Counted from the first letter of the stretch, positions 1 to 12,700 are shown. The stretch: DNA of 64,000 bases from Isurus oxyrinchus (GCA_026770705.1 JANJGN010000041.1:3720001-3784000), one strand, 5' to 3'. Notes: a model not told the origin generated them from the sequence alone. Program-made: numbers and translations.

Positions 1-400
1 TCTCTCTCTCACTTCCCAATTTATGAATTACATTTTTGTCCACTATTTGAACACTGGGTTGTTCTCTCTCACTCTAATTTATTAATTGCATTCTACCTTT
101 ATTTGCACACTGCGTTGCTCTCCCTCTCCAACTCAAATAAATTAATTACATTCCCCTTCATTTGAACACTGAGTTGCATCTCATTCTCTAATTTATTAAT
201 TGCATTCCTACTCCATTTGCACTATGCGTTTCTCCCGCTAGTTTATTAGTTACATTCCCTAACTATTTAGACACTGGGTTGCTCTCGCTAGGTCATGATT
301 TACATTCCCTGCCTATTTACAGAGTGTTTGCTCTCGCTAGTTTATTAATGAAATTCCCTACGTGATTGTGCACTGCGTTGATCCCGCAAGTGTATCAACT
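1..400. repeat. Degenerate tandem repeat, ~50-60 bp unit, ~7 copies (runs off the window start)
   Basis: Recurring ttattaattacattccc...tttg(a/c)acactg(g/c)gttgctctc; acactgNgtt-like motif near 51, 107, 166, 220, 271, 370. Confidence 0.8.
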
Positions 401-469
401 ATATCCTTCCTGTGTTTGTGCAAAGGTGTGAAAGATTGGCCGGGTCGATAACAGAAAATTTCTGTGTCT

Positions 470-1315
470 TGGACGACAGGAATTTTTAAACGTGATGGTA
501 AAATTTGCAGATAATTGGCAGTTGGATTTCGACATGGAAAAGTGTCAGGTGATACAATTTGGAAGGAGTTTTTTGACTAGGAAGTATTCAATGAATGGCA
601 CGACACTAGAAAGTCAGAGGAATAAAGAGACCATGGCATGAATGTCCAGAGATCCCTGAAGGCGGAAAAGAATGTTAGTTGGGTGTTGAAATAGGAAATT
701 GGGACACCTGCCTTCATGAATCGATGCATGGATTATAAAGTACAGAGTTCATGCTGGAGTTGTAAAGAACATTGTTGAGACCAAAGCTGTGTGTATATAG
801 ATTGGCGCATCTAGAGCTGGTGCAGAGGAGATTCACCAGGATGCCACCTGGGCTGAAACATGCTAGTTCTGATGAAAGGTTGGATAGTCGTGGGTTACCT
901 TGGTTGGAGCAGAGAAGATTGAGGTGCGACCTGATCGAAGTTTTCAAGATTATGAGGGGCATGGAAAGATTTGATAGTGAGCAGCTGAGCCCTTAGTTGA
1001 AGGAACAGTGACGAGGGGTCACATGTTTAAGCTGATGGGCTGCAGGTTGAGGGGTGATGTGAGGAAAATCTTTTGTTTACCCAGTGGGAGTTCATGGTCT
1101 GAAATGCAATGACTGGGAGTGTCCTGGCAGCGGATTGTTTCACATCCTTTTAGAAAGGACGTGTATGAGCAGTTGGCATGTCGTAACATTCAAGGCTAGG
1201 GGCCAAGTGCTGGTAAATGGGATTGGGTACGTAGGTCAACTGTTTCTTAAATCTCAGTGAAGACTCAATGTGCCGAAGTGCCTCTTCTGTTTTGTGTGAT
1301 TCTCTGATTCAATAA
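470..1315 (+). mobile_element. CR1-type LINE 3' end, decayed RT C-terminus
   Basis: ORF 772..996 reads LELVQRRFTRMPPGL...DERLDSRGL...EQRRLRCDLIEVFKIMRG, a typical CR1 ORF2 C-terminus; a WQLDF-like motif lies upstream. Confidence 0.9.
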
Positions 1316-1654
1316 AGGTGTGTGTGTGATTAGGAGACCATCCAGCAGAGTTTCGCACTTGTATTTACACCAGCAGCCCTGTATAATCTGAGGACCCATG
1401 AAGGGCTGCATGTCAATTCTTACGTCGGCAGTATTCTGGTGGTCAGATTCGAAACCCCAGAATAAACAGAAAAATTCCTTCTTTTTAATTATACTTCAGG
1501 AACAAGCAGGTTCGAAACATCCTTTACAAATCACTGGTTCTGGAAAGCTTTGTTTTGTTTTCACTCAGATTGTTTTTGGTGCATAGAACTCCTCCCTAAA
1601 ATGGTAGCTGAATAAGCAACATTCAACTGGTTAACACTTATTTTCTACTTTACT

Positions 1655-2915
1655 CTCCCGTGGGAAATGGCGTCACTGGCAAGGCAAGTACTTGTTGCTC
1701 ATCCTAAATTGCACTAAATTTAAACGGTTTGTTTGCCCCACCAAAGAATGGTTCGGAATCAAGCACATTGCTCTGGCTCTCGTGTAACACAGAGGCCACA
1801 CGACATTTGAACGGCAGATTTATTTCCCCAAAGACCATTTTTGAAGCTGATGCGTTTATTTGTTTTTCATTGTGCAGCAATTGTTATGACGCAACAGTTG
1901 CTAATGGCTGAGATTTTTAAATCCCGAAGGAAATCTTGAACAGCTCTCATAAGCTTTGTTTACAATTTGTATATTTGAGTTTCAGCTCTGAAATCAGGAA
2001 TAAGACCAACAAGCCTCAGAAGTACTTTTTTTTATATAAAACCAGACGAATTGAGCAACAAATTACGCGCGTTCAATAATAATTTTTAAATAAATCCCCA
2101 AACTAATGACCATGTGATAAATCTTCACCAAGGCAACAATAACCCATAGACTTAACGCAGAACCAGGCAAATCACATTTCACTTTACACATTTAAATTGA
2201 GGACCCTTTGCAGGCTCACTTGTGGGGTTACAGGCTTGTTAGATGTAATGCCTCTGTTTGACACAAACACACTCCTTTTTGTTTATATTTAGCTTCCACT
2301 TTGAATTTAAATGTTCCACAGCATTACTAAGATATTCTTTAAAGTTATTCCTCTCCCAAAAATAATCATTTTATTCCAATTATTTTACTAGTAATATCAA
2401 CACATCCCTTGGCTTCTCCCATGTAACTCTTTCGAGTACAAACACGTTTCCATCTGTTCCTATTCAGATGAAGTTACATAGTTTGTCATTGTGAGATTTG
2501 AACTCTTGATCTTGGGGTTACAAACCCAGTACCATAACCTCTCCAATGTAGCTGCAGGATTTTGAACCTACTTTTGAGTGGTTCACTTATTTTGCAAGTT
2601 GAAATTTATCTGTTTAATTGCTTACAGTTACATAAATACCCTCTCCAAATCAGTCTTCGTCAAAACAGCCAGATCAGCTGGATTTAATCCAATTAAGCCA
2701 GGTACATTTCATTTCAATTTTGAAACAATTTCACGTAACTTCATAGGCACTAATGGCTTTATGAAAAAACTAACAATGCTTTTTATGGTCACCATTACTG
2801 CAATGTGTTTCTCAATTACATATAATTAATTGCAAGTAATTTCCACCAGCTGCCCTGATGGGGTTTGAACCCGCGTCACCAGAACGTCAAACTGGGCTAG
2901 TGGATTCTGAATCAC
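1655..2915 (-). mobile_element. Deu-domain tRNA-derived SINE (SacSINE1-like), split in two (~1655..1900 and ~2770..2915) by an intervening insert
   Basis: Reverse complement of a SINE head with B box (gggttcaaacccc-atcagggcagctggtggaa) at ~2840-2875; Deu core and tail-like sequence at 1660-1860; resembles the SINE at 21283..21668. Confidence 0.55.
2421..2539 (-). mobile_element. Short tRNA-derived SINE-like element with a hairpin tail
   Basis: Minus strand reads GGTTATGGTACTGGGTTTGTAACCCCAAGATCAAGAGTTCAAATCTCACAATGACA (anticodon-arm-like stem, B box GAGTTCAAATC); 8-bp inverted repeat at 2421-2428/2472-2479. Confidence 0.6.
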
Positions 2916-5519
2916 GTTAGCTGTGCATGCACATCAAACTACTTCATCTGCAGGCCTCATTGCTAAATGCTTCAAAGTCAGATAACGGTGATTGGTTCAT
3001 GTTATCACTCGACACAAGCACGATGGGTTAAGTGATATCCATGTGTGTGCAAACATTTGTAGTATATGATTCTATGATCAAAATTTTAGCATCAGTAATC
3101 GTGGTTTACCAATGGGTAGATCACAGACATTAAAAACAGAAATTGAGACCCTCTGTTCGGTCACGTAGCACGATTAACAACAACATTTACTCCCACACAT
3201 TTTGTTCTTCATGATTTGTGCAACGAATTCTTTTGGAGGGATCTTGCTGAGCAAACATTGAGTTCCGCACTTTTTCCTTTTCGGCATTTCAGCACATAAC
3301 CAGTTCGACATGGGCTTCAAAGTTTTTAGTTTTCTCTGAGATTTTGTAAGTTTCTTAAACGTTCAAGTATTTATTTATTTTCTCTCTCTCTCTTACTCTC
3401 ACGCGACATGTGTTTCCAACAGTTCATCCTGGAGCGGGTGCCAACTGCATTTCCGGGGCTTGTTATCCATTTGGAAAGAGTGACGGTCAATGTTACAAAA
3501 TCTGTCTTCATGATTCTTAACCACTTGCAGGCCAACCCACACCCACAACCCCCAACTCACCACCCCCCCCACCCCACGCCCGATCCCACCCCCCCCCCCC
3601 CGCCCGCCCCCCACACACACATACACATTGTACCCGCCGGAAACGAGAGGATATCAGGAAATTTCAGTACCTTGGTCTGCAATTTGCGGTGCTATTTTGG
3701 AGTCAGCCACATTGCTGTGCATGTGGAATCATGTGTCTGCAAGGCATATTGAGGTCGACAGGTTCCCTCCCTTAACGAATATGATTTTTCCAATGTATTT
3801 CTTTAGGAAAATCCGTTTTTTTACGTCATTGCTGGTGAAAATGTTTTTATCGTCCCACATGTAAATAATTAACTACATTTAAAATGCACCACCGTTTGTG
3901 TGTAGGATTTGAACAAGTCTATTTATGAACTTTCTAGACCTCTAGGAAGCTTGTTCAGTAAAATGACCGATCACCGCCACTCAAGTCATTGGCGTAGAGA
4001 TGATTATCAGGAATTGGCTTTCATTCCTGATTCTGTGATTTTGACTATGTTGGAGTCGTTCGTGAGTCCAGGACCATTTCTAGCTTCACCTTCCTCCGTG
4101 TAAATATGTCGAAAATCTGATTCGAATGAGAAATGATCCATGCAATAGAGGCGATTGCTAAAAGGGCCTGTTTTGTTCGCCTGATTTATAAAGCATTTCA
4201 TCAGGAGTCAGGATTCATGAGTCCTCCGCAATCAAACAAACCATGAATTGAAGTTAGATTCTGTCGAAGCCTCGGACAGAATCACATTTATACACATTAT
4301 TGTCGTTCGTTTATTCTTGCAACATTAATCGCCCAAATAATACGACTAAAGCCTCATCGAAACACTTTAGCAGTTTGAACGAGAGATTTGCATTTCAAAA
4401 TTACAAATGAAATCTAGCAATGAATATATCACAGGAGATTGTTTCTCTGACCTAAATAGCATCAGCATATCAGAACATTACCTGTTGACGTTTCTGAAAG
4501 TGTTAGACTGACGTCAGGTACATCATGGAGCCTGTGCTATTGCATAAAAGTGAATGTCTCCTTGATGTGTTTATCCCTGTAGGCAAAATAAGTAATGAAG
4601 ACATGAGTAAAATATTTTCTTTTCCAGCGGTGAGTCTGGAAGTCTGGAACCAGCTGCCTGAGTGTCTAAGGAAAGCAGCTGCAATCAAAACATTTAGAAG
4701 GGAATTTCGACCACAGGTATGTTTCAACAGCAAAGCACCAATTAGAACCTGCATTCAGTATATAACTAAATCCTGACCTGCAGTGTTGAACTATGGAAAA
4801 TAACGTTATTTCGAAACTCGATACTGGAGGGCCTGCACAGAGAGTAGCCATGAGTTGGCCATGAATCGTATCCCGGGTTACTGACTACGGCAGGAATCTC
4901 AGACATTGATCAGACTGTCAGAATGGTTACTGCCGGCCGATCAGTTGCATATTCCCGTTACATATTAAAATGACTAATATGCTGCTTATAACAAAGGAGG
5001 TCTCTTACAATTCAGTTGATTAGGTGTGTAATCCTTGTGCAAATATTATGTGTTTTTTACAGTCAACGCAATGATCAACACTTCAAACTTACATTCCGAT
5101 GTATCCCAATATAGACGTTGCAGTTTAACATGGTCGTTGAGGGTTGTCTCGGTATTTCTTGTCATCCACGAATCCAAACCATAGAGACAATATGTCAGAG
5201 ACACCAGCTATGTTTTAGAATATTCGAGACAGCCAGAGAGAAAAAAGCGATGGAAGTATTTGATTTATTCTTTCACAATTTAATGATGGCTGCTGGGATG
5301 TTGAGCGTATATTGTCCATTCATAATTGGCAATGTTGATCAGCTTGATAATGCCAGGCTTCCTGGTTCAAGGCAGAGATCAGTCTTAATGAGGTGGCAGT
5401 GGACGCAGGGCCACATGTTGGACACACTGACCTCTGCTTTGGGAAAGAGTGAGGAAATTAAAACGTAGATCCAAGAACGAAAGAACAAGGAGCTAATTTG
5501 ACATCTGACCATGGGGTAC

Positions 5520-6870
5520 ATAATTAAGAGGTTTGAGCCCGAGTGTTGGAGGGCAGGCGTTGCCCAGGACGTTACATTTTGTGCGCACTGGAGAGCTGCT
5601 TTGTGCTGCAGTAGAGTTCTTCAGTTGGAGTTTGGTGACTGACTGAATTATAGGTTTAAATAAAGCGTAATATGAGGTCTAAATTGTAGTATTTGTATCA
5701 TAAATCAATTAACGAAAAGTGGCTCTTAGAGGTGGAAAAAGATCAGTTTTAGTCCAGCATTAAAATAGGGCGCATACAGGCTCTGCTTGTAACTGCAACT
5801 AGCTAAACAGGTAACCAGCTGAATGAGTTTTTCGGAAGCCATGTTAAGAGCGAATAAAAGTAAGGTCTCTTATAGTGCTCTCCTTTGTCTGCACTGGCGA
5901 GCAGAATTGGCTACTGTAGAGTGCTTCAGTTGGAGGTTGGTGACTGAGGGAGTTTGGTGAGAAGGGACGACGGCCCCTTTCTTTTTCTACCGTACCTGAA
6001 AAAATAGGTACAGCAGCTTTGGCAAGCACGACCTGGTGAGTAAATTAGAAACATGTCTTCCATTTTTAAACAAGTATATATGGTTGGATATAACCAGGAA
6101 GAACCAGGGATAAGTGAAAATTAACACCAATATAATACAGTAATTTAATATATAAAGTGCAAAGTAGAATAAAGTTATTGTATGTGACGTGGATTTAAAA
6201 TTTGGCAGAGCAGTTCAGTTGAGTGGAATGCGTTTCTTGTAATATGTGCTAACTCATGTATGCTACCAGTGCCTTAGATGACGACATGTGCAGGAATTAC
6301 TGCCAGCTGTATTAACCTGCGCTCGAGTTTCAGAGCCCGAGTGATGGTTACAGTCTTTGTGGCGCATCGACGAGTCTGAGAAATAAGTAGTTAAGCTCCA
6401 ACTTAAGGGCCAGAGACAGAGGCGGAATGTGTGACCAATAGGCTGTCCAAGAGAAGTAGGCAGGGAGTGCAGGAGGCCTCAGAGGTTCCATTCACAAATT
6501 GATTTTCTATTTGGAAAGTCGGCGAGGGCGCTCAGACGGCTGTAGTCAGAGTGATGTTTGAGGCACCATGAGCAGCTCAACTGTAAAGGAGGTGGGGAGG
6601 AAGACAGGAAGTGCAATGTTGACATGGGATTGATTGGTTAGGGGAAGAGACTGTTTTTCATGGAGTCGTAGACGTGACTCCAGGATTGTATGGCGCCTCC
6701 ATGGTGTGAGTTTCAAGGGTGTCACCGAATGGCTGCAGTAGATTCTTGTGAGGAGGGTGATCAGCCAGAGGTCGTTGTCTACTTTTAACCAATGCATTAG
6801 ATAAGAAGAGCTTGTCGTCCTGCAACGATAATTTGTTGAGCAAGGTAGAAAAATAGCAAGCAGGTTCTCA
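5520..6870 (+). mobile_element. CR1 LINE 5' region with decayed ORF1 (Cys motif plus SGNH esterase)
   Basis: VECVSCNMC...DDDMCRN motif at ~6220-6300; esterase-like RRRDSRIV..LHG....GVTEWLQ.IL...G.QPEV at ~6660-6780. Confidence 0.8.
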
Positions 6871-8500
6871 GGCAGAATTTTCCGATCCCTCTGGTGGCGG
6901 GCGTCATGGCTGGCGTGTGTGGAAACGATGGCAGGACCCATTTTACCACAGCAGTAAGGCAGCTCGCGATCTTCCATTCAGCACGCCATGTTTCACACCA
7001 ACAGTTGGTGGGGGTCTATTTGCAATATATCAACAAACAATTAAAAAGGCCAACCTGGCTGGCTCTTGGAACGCTGTCATGTCGCCCGTCCACGTCGGCC
7101 ATAAGGCACGCTGACACCTCTTGTCTGTGTCTCAATTCTTTCTCAGATCACTGTGCCTCCATATTCACAGGGAGGGAAACGAGGTCAAATAATGGCAGGG
7201 TCACATTGGCAAGTTATAACTCCAATGTAGACATACACACAGAAACATTGAGTTAAGGCGATGCGCAAATCGCGTCCCCAACATTCCCCGGGTGTCCCGT
7301 GACCCTCTGGCAGGTCTGTCCCTTCCATGAGCTGCACATCTTTCCGCCTTCGCCCAGACCGGATCTTCAGCAGCAAATCCATCTTAGGCGTTGTTAAGAG
7401 TCCGACGCCACGTTCGGCACGGGGTCCAAATCCATTTGCTCAAACAGGCGTCATCACAACTCAGTCACTGTTGGGCTGCTCGATCATATTGGGCACCATC
7501 TAGGGGTCGCTTGGGCGATACGAGACCTTGGTCTTTGGCATTTTGCAACACGCTCCCTTGCCTGGAGGAGGGGAGTGGGAGAGGAGGTGTGAGCAGGACT
7601 AGTGGCAACAACTGATGCTGAGAGAGAGACGCAGGAGTGTGAGGCAGTGCCCTTGGCACTCCTCCGTTCAGGGCATACTTCATCCTATGTAGCTTACCCA
7701 CCAGTACCTGCACTGCTCTGTACGAGAGGCTGCCCACCAATCCCTTACTCTGAGAAGCATCCGGCATTGTACTGCTGTGAGCCAGGCTGCCCACCGCCAA
7801 CGCTCTGTGGAAGTGGACATGAGGAGCCCACATAGGTGATCCACATGGAAATTGCCTCTGTTACAATTGAGCTTTAAATGTGAAGCTTTATCTTTTTGGG
7901 TATCTCCAGGCAAGTTCCAATTTTGGTCATCACAAATTAGGGCCACATGAGAAACGGACCTTTAGCGCCTGCACTCACCCTCACCCTGAATCCCACCCGC
8001 AGTGTCTACCCATTGGACAGTTGACAATCTGAGTATGGTCGACCCAGACATGTGTCAGCTGTTGGATCCTATAGTGGGCTGATTCATCCCTGTCAGATGT
8101 TCACACCTTGTTCAAGAGTGGCAGACGGGATGACACTTGCTGTCCGTTCAGTTCCATGTTCCAGGGAAATATGTAACAGGCCGGTAATCTGCACAAAGTG
8201 ACAGATGTGCGCCAAAACTCTGATGACTGTCATGGAGTTCTTTATACACTCATTGCATTCCAGACATCCCCAGACTTTTATCCCATTCCTGGAATAAGGA
8301 GCCTAGTTTAGTCACCAGCTGATGCCCAGGGAGACAATTAAAGACCCATTGACTGGAGATTAAAAGAGTCATCACGGCTCAGAAAGACATGCGGACCATC
8401 CCAACCCATGCAGAGAGAAAGTCCAGAGTGTGCAATGCTGTCAGGTGCACTGGGAAGCCGGAATGGATAGAGGATTGTTGGAATGAGGTAATGAAGAGGA
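6870..8500. mobile_element. Probable decayed DNA transposon relic (Harbinger-like, uncertain)
   Basis: GC-richer tract starting gcagaattttcc, a terminus style I associate with shark Harbinger-like elements; no clear transposase motif read. Confidence 0.3.
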
Positions 8501-8684
8501 GCTTTATCAGGGTTGGAGCTACCGATTTGGGAGACAATCAAGATCTCAGGGAGTGGGTGTAAGATGAGTTAGGGGCGTTAAATGGACGGGTGAATACTGT
8601 ATCTCTGGGTGTGTTCAGTCACACCAGAGAAGTGCCAGGGTCTCACTGGAAGCAGTGAGTGATACACTGACACTAGCATGGATG

Positions 8685-8930
8685 GGCCACACTAGAAGCA
8701 CAGCTCACATTTTCGGTCTCCATATTTACTTGCCGTGGCCACACTGGGAACACCGTGCGCTATTCTGGTCTCCATATCCATCAGATTGACCATACTTGGA
8801 GCACCATGCATAGCTCTGGTCTCGATAATCCTTGGTTAGACGACACTTGGAACACAATGTACAGCTTTGCTCTTAATATCTCTTGGTCTAGCCACACCTG
8901 GAGCATTATGCACAGTTCTGGCCTCCCATG
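8685..8930 (+). repeat. ~51-bp tandem repeat (5 copies) derived from a LINE RT motif
   Basis: Units such as gaccatacttggagcaccatgcatagctctggtctc at ~8685, 8737, 8789, 8840, 8891 match LINE DNA encoding RPHLEYCxQFWSP. Confidence 0.75.
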
Positions 8931-8939
8931 ACTTTCATC

Positions 8940-10092
8940 AGGATTATGGTGAAACTTGTGGATGAAACAACACTCGAAGACTCGGTAACCAGTGAGGACC
9001 AAAGATATCGATGGAAGAAGGAAGTAGAAAGGAGGGCAGAATGAGCAGTAAAGTGGCAGATGGAATTTTGTAGAGAGAGCTATGAGATAATCCACTTTGA
9101 CAGAAGGGATACGGAGAGGCATTATTGGCGTCATGACACATTGTTTAAAAGCATTGAGAGGCTCAAAGATATGAGGTGTTCTGACCTAATATCTTTGATA
9201 TTTGGAAGGGGAGGATGAGAGAGCAGTTAGTGCAGCTTGGAAGTTACTGAGTTTCAACGTTTAAAAATCACTCATCGGATGTGGGCATCGCTGGCTAGGC
9301 CAGCATTAAATTCAATCCCCCCACTCCCCCAACTGAACCTTGAGAAGGCAGCGGTGAGCCGCTGCAGGCCCTCTGGTATAGGTACAACGACAGGGCTGTG
9401 AGGGAGGGAGTTCCAAGGTTTCCACCCAGCGACAGTGAAGGAACAGCCGATATATTTCCATGTCAGGAAAGTGAGAGGCTCGAAGGAGAAATTCCTGGTA
9501 GTACTGATCAATGTGTCTGCTGCGCTTGTCCTTCTAGATAGTGTATGTCGCGGGTTTGGAACGTGCTTTCGATGGAGCGTTGGTCAGTTGCTGCACTGCA
9601 AAATCTAGATGGTGCACACTGCTGCTACTATGCATCGGTGGTGGAGCCAGTGAATGTTAGTGGATGGGATGCCGATCAACTGAATCTGCTTTGTTCTGCA
9701 AGTTGTTTGAGTCTTGTTGGAGCTGCACTCATCCAGGCAATTTATAAGTATTTTATCACACTCCTGACTTGTGCCTTGTAAATGGTGGACATGCTTTGGG
9801 GAGTCTGATTGTGGGTAACTTTCCGAAGTATTGCCAGCCTCTGACCTGCTCTTGCAGCCACCGTATTGATATGCCTGGTCCAGTAGAGTTGTTGAGCAAT
9901 GGCAACCCCAGGATGTTGAATGTGGGACATTCAGAAAAGATAATGGCATAGAATGTCAAGGGGCGATGTTTAGGTTCTCTCTTACTGGAGATGATAATTA
10001 CCAGACACATAAATACAGATATTATATACAAAATAATGGGAATTTGTTCTGAACAGTTATAAATCCCTGGTTAGGTCACAGCCGGATTATGA
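8940..10092 (+). mobile_element. CR1 RT fragment (8940..9260 and 10020..10092) interrupted by another LINE
   Basis: KWQMEF motif at ~9050; LYKSLVRSQPDY (LYK.LVRPQLEY-like) at ~10057-10090. Confidence 0.65.
9265..10000 (-). mobile_element. CR1/L2-clade LINE 3' end; its tail is shared with the Deu-SINE
   Basis: Minus-strand ORF: ILGV...L.WTRHINTVAARAGQRLAILRKVTH...STIYKAQVRSV; tail ggatgtgggcatcgctggctaggccagcatt. Confidence 0.85.
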
Positions 10093-10094
10093 AC

Positions 10095-10572
10095 CCCTAT
10101 GTTTCTTCGCCCTTCCTTTTGCTTTTATCCAATGAATTATATAGATTTTTCTTTTTCCCTTCTATTTCCATTATTTTTTAAATATTTTAAAATCATTTCT
10201 GCTCCCCCCACCTACACTAGAGCTATATCTTGAGTGCCCTACCATCCACTTTAATTAGCACATTCGTTCAGATAATATCACCAACTTCGACACCTATGTG
10301 TTCTTTTGTTCTGCCATCTGTGACATCTTTTGATGATCTGCTTCTATCATTGCTTTTGCCTACATCCACACCACCCCACTCCACTTGTCTCCCCCTTCCC
10401 AACCCGCCCCCCCGCACCCCCACCAATCTTAAACCAGCTTATATTTCAACCCAGCCTGGGATTCAACTATTTCTGTCGAAGGGTCATGAGCACTCGAAAT
10501 GTCAACTCTTTTCTTCTCCGCCGATTCTGCCAGAACTGCTGAGTTTTTCCAGGTAATTCTGTTTTGTTTTGT
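10095..10572 (-). mobile_element. Young interspersed repeat, probably a Penelope-like terminus
   Basis: Reverse complement of 10507-10570 nearly matches 20954-21016 (aaacagaattacctggaaaaactcagcagg/ttctggcag); family assignment is from recall only. Confidence 0.55.
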
Positions 10573-11789
10573 TATTCATCACTGTTACATTGAAATACAG
10601 GCTGCCATTTTTGATCATGCGGAGTGCTAATCCAACAAATTACCTCTCCCAGCACCCTTTCATTCGCCTGTGATAATGACCCTCACAGCCTAACTGACCA
10701 TGGTTACTAACCAACTTTTAGTGACCGTGGAGGGGAGGTGGTGCTTTATTTACGCACTGCTGCCGTCCTCTATGTCACTTTCTGGTCATCCTGAATGTCC
10801 CAATGGTGACTTTTGTGAGGATTTCAGGAGAGGGCAGCCGTGGATTATCCCTGTAAAATTAGATTTGGAACGATTTCCCTCTGTCAGGAAGCAGGAAATG
10901 ATGCCTGACATTTCAAATAGTCTCCAGTCTCCCGATGAGGAATATCCGGGACTGGTTGCTGTCCTGTTCTTTAGATCATTTCAAACAATGAAAATAAGTG
11001 GACCTTTATATATTCTTGTGCCATGCAGGTCTGCTAATTCATATATCGATTCTTCCCTGTTAAAGTGGGTAGATTTTAGGGTTGAATGGAATTGGGAGCG
11101 CGCTATAGGCCAGCATATAGAATAAATTAAAAAGTTGGAGACAGACAGTCAAAAGAAAGGGAGTGTCCTCCAAACGTTCGTATGTGACTGAAAGTGGTAA
11201 CCCAGGATCTCTTCTGCAGCCTCAGCTGCCAGCTCAGTAAAATTCACATACAATATGCTCCAGCATGGAGCTTTATATCAAAGATTGTTAGTGGCATTCA
11301 GCAAGATGCTGACCAAATTAACGAGATCTGTGTGGAAAATTGGGAAGGTGCTTTTAATGAGCTAACTGGTTCGCAAATCTTTGACAGTACAGGCAAAGCT
11401 TGAGAGAGCGGGGCCCATTCACATACGCAATAGATAATAACTAGTTTATTCTAGGAAAGGTAATCAACTACGAGAAGGGTGTTGTGCCCATGGCTAACTC
11501 AGCAAGACAAGTGCCTTTTACCTGGAAAGAACGGTGTACAATGAAGCCAAAATTAGCACTAGGCCAGGTAACTGAGAAAATGTTGGCACATGCTAAACAG
11601 CTCCCAAAGACAATTCAGTTGGAGACATTAGGATATGCCTGGCAAGAAATGTGGCAACATGCATAAAAAGAGCCTTCAAACAATCATGAAGCAAAAGAGG
11701 AACTAAATGTTAGTCACACAGTCGGCGAGCTTTGGGAATTAAGCAGTGGGGGGGGCGGGGGCGCTGCATGTGGAAATTACCGATTATTA

Positions 11790-12140
11790 TATTTTAAACA
11801 GCGCAAAATCCCACTCACGTATCACCAATCTGGCGAAAGTATTTCAACAAGCACCAATTTTATGCACTGATCAACACTCTGCTCATTGTATTTTAATGAA
11901 CAATAAATCCCACTCATATATTACCACTACACTGAATATACTTTAACTAGCACTAAATCCCATTCATTTATCAATACCCCGCTGAATGTATTTTAACCAG
12001 CACTAAATCCCATTCAATTATCACCACTCAGCTGAATGTATTGTAGCCAGCTCAAAATCCACTCACACTGCTGCATGTATTAACCAGCTGTAAATTCAAA
12101 TCACTTATCAACAATCTTATGAATGTATTTTAACCAACAA
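11790..12140. repeat. 50-bp minisatellite, ~7 copies
   Basis: ctgctgaatgtattttaaccagcactaaatcccattcacttatcaacact-like units at ~11831, 11881, 11931, 11981, 12031, 12071, 12120. Confidence 0.9.
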
Positions 12141-12334
12141 AAAATAAAATCTATGGTCGGGGAATCTTAATAAAATTGTATATAATAAAATTAGGGAATT
12201 AGTTTACTAAACATATCCTGAATATATGTCAACATGCCGATTTTATGCTGATGATTTAAAGTTGCTGCACAAACGCGTAAATTTATGTGGTTAGTTAATC
12301 CAAAATCAGACAGCAGTTAAAGATATTGCCGAAG

Positions 12335-12700
12335 GATTGGTTACACATATCAGTCAGAGACTCAGCCAATCCAGGAGCTCTGTCCACTGGCTGGCAGGCA
12401 GCACAGCCAATCCGGAGCTTCACCCAGTGACTCACACACGCACTACCCCAAACAATATTTCCACAGCGACTCCATTAATTCAGCCGCCCCGTGATTGAAA
12501 GCCTCTTCATTCAATCGGAAAGCTTCACCACTCAGCCTATTAGGTACTTCGTTGACTTCGCCTGACACAATCGGAAAAATCCGGCCCGTGACCGATACCT
12601 ACCTCAGCCAATCTGGTAGCATCATTTGATGGTTATAGGACGCAACAGCCAATCTGGGAATACATTTGGTAACTTGGGGCCGCCTTCAACGATCAGGCAG
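12335..12700 (+). promoter_or_regulatory. Cluster of CCAAT (NF-Y-type) boxes, putative promoter
   Basis: cagccaatc at ~12363, 12404, 12606, 12645, plus cagcctatt at ~12533 and gattggtt at ~12335; several are retained in copy 2. Confidence 0.4.

Noticed and set aside
2485-2539. Functional tRNA-Thr gene
   Set aside because: The 5' acceptor stem and D-arm are missing and the stems are imperfect; better explained as SINE-derived.
3100-4400. Possible exon relics on the minus strand
   Set aside because: Short open frames with no recognisable motif or convincing splice pair.
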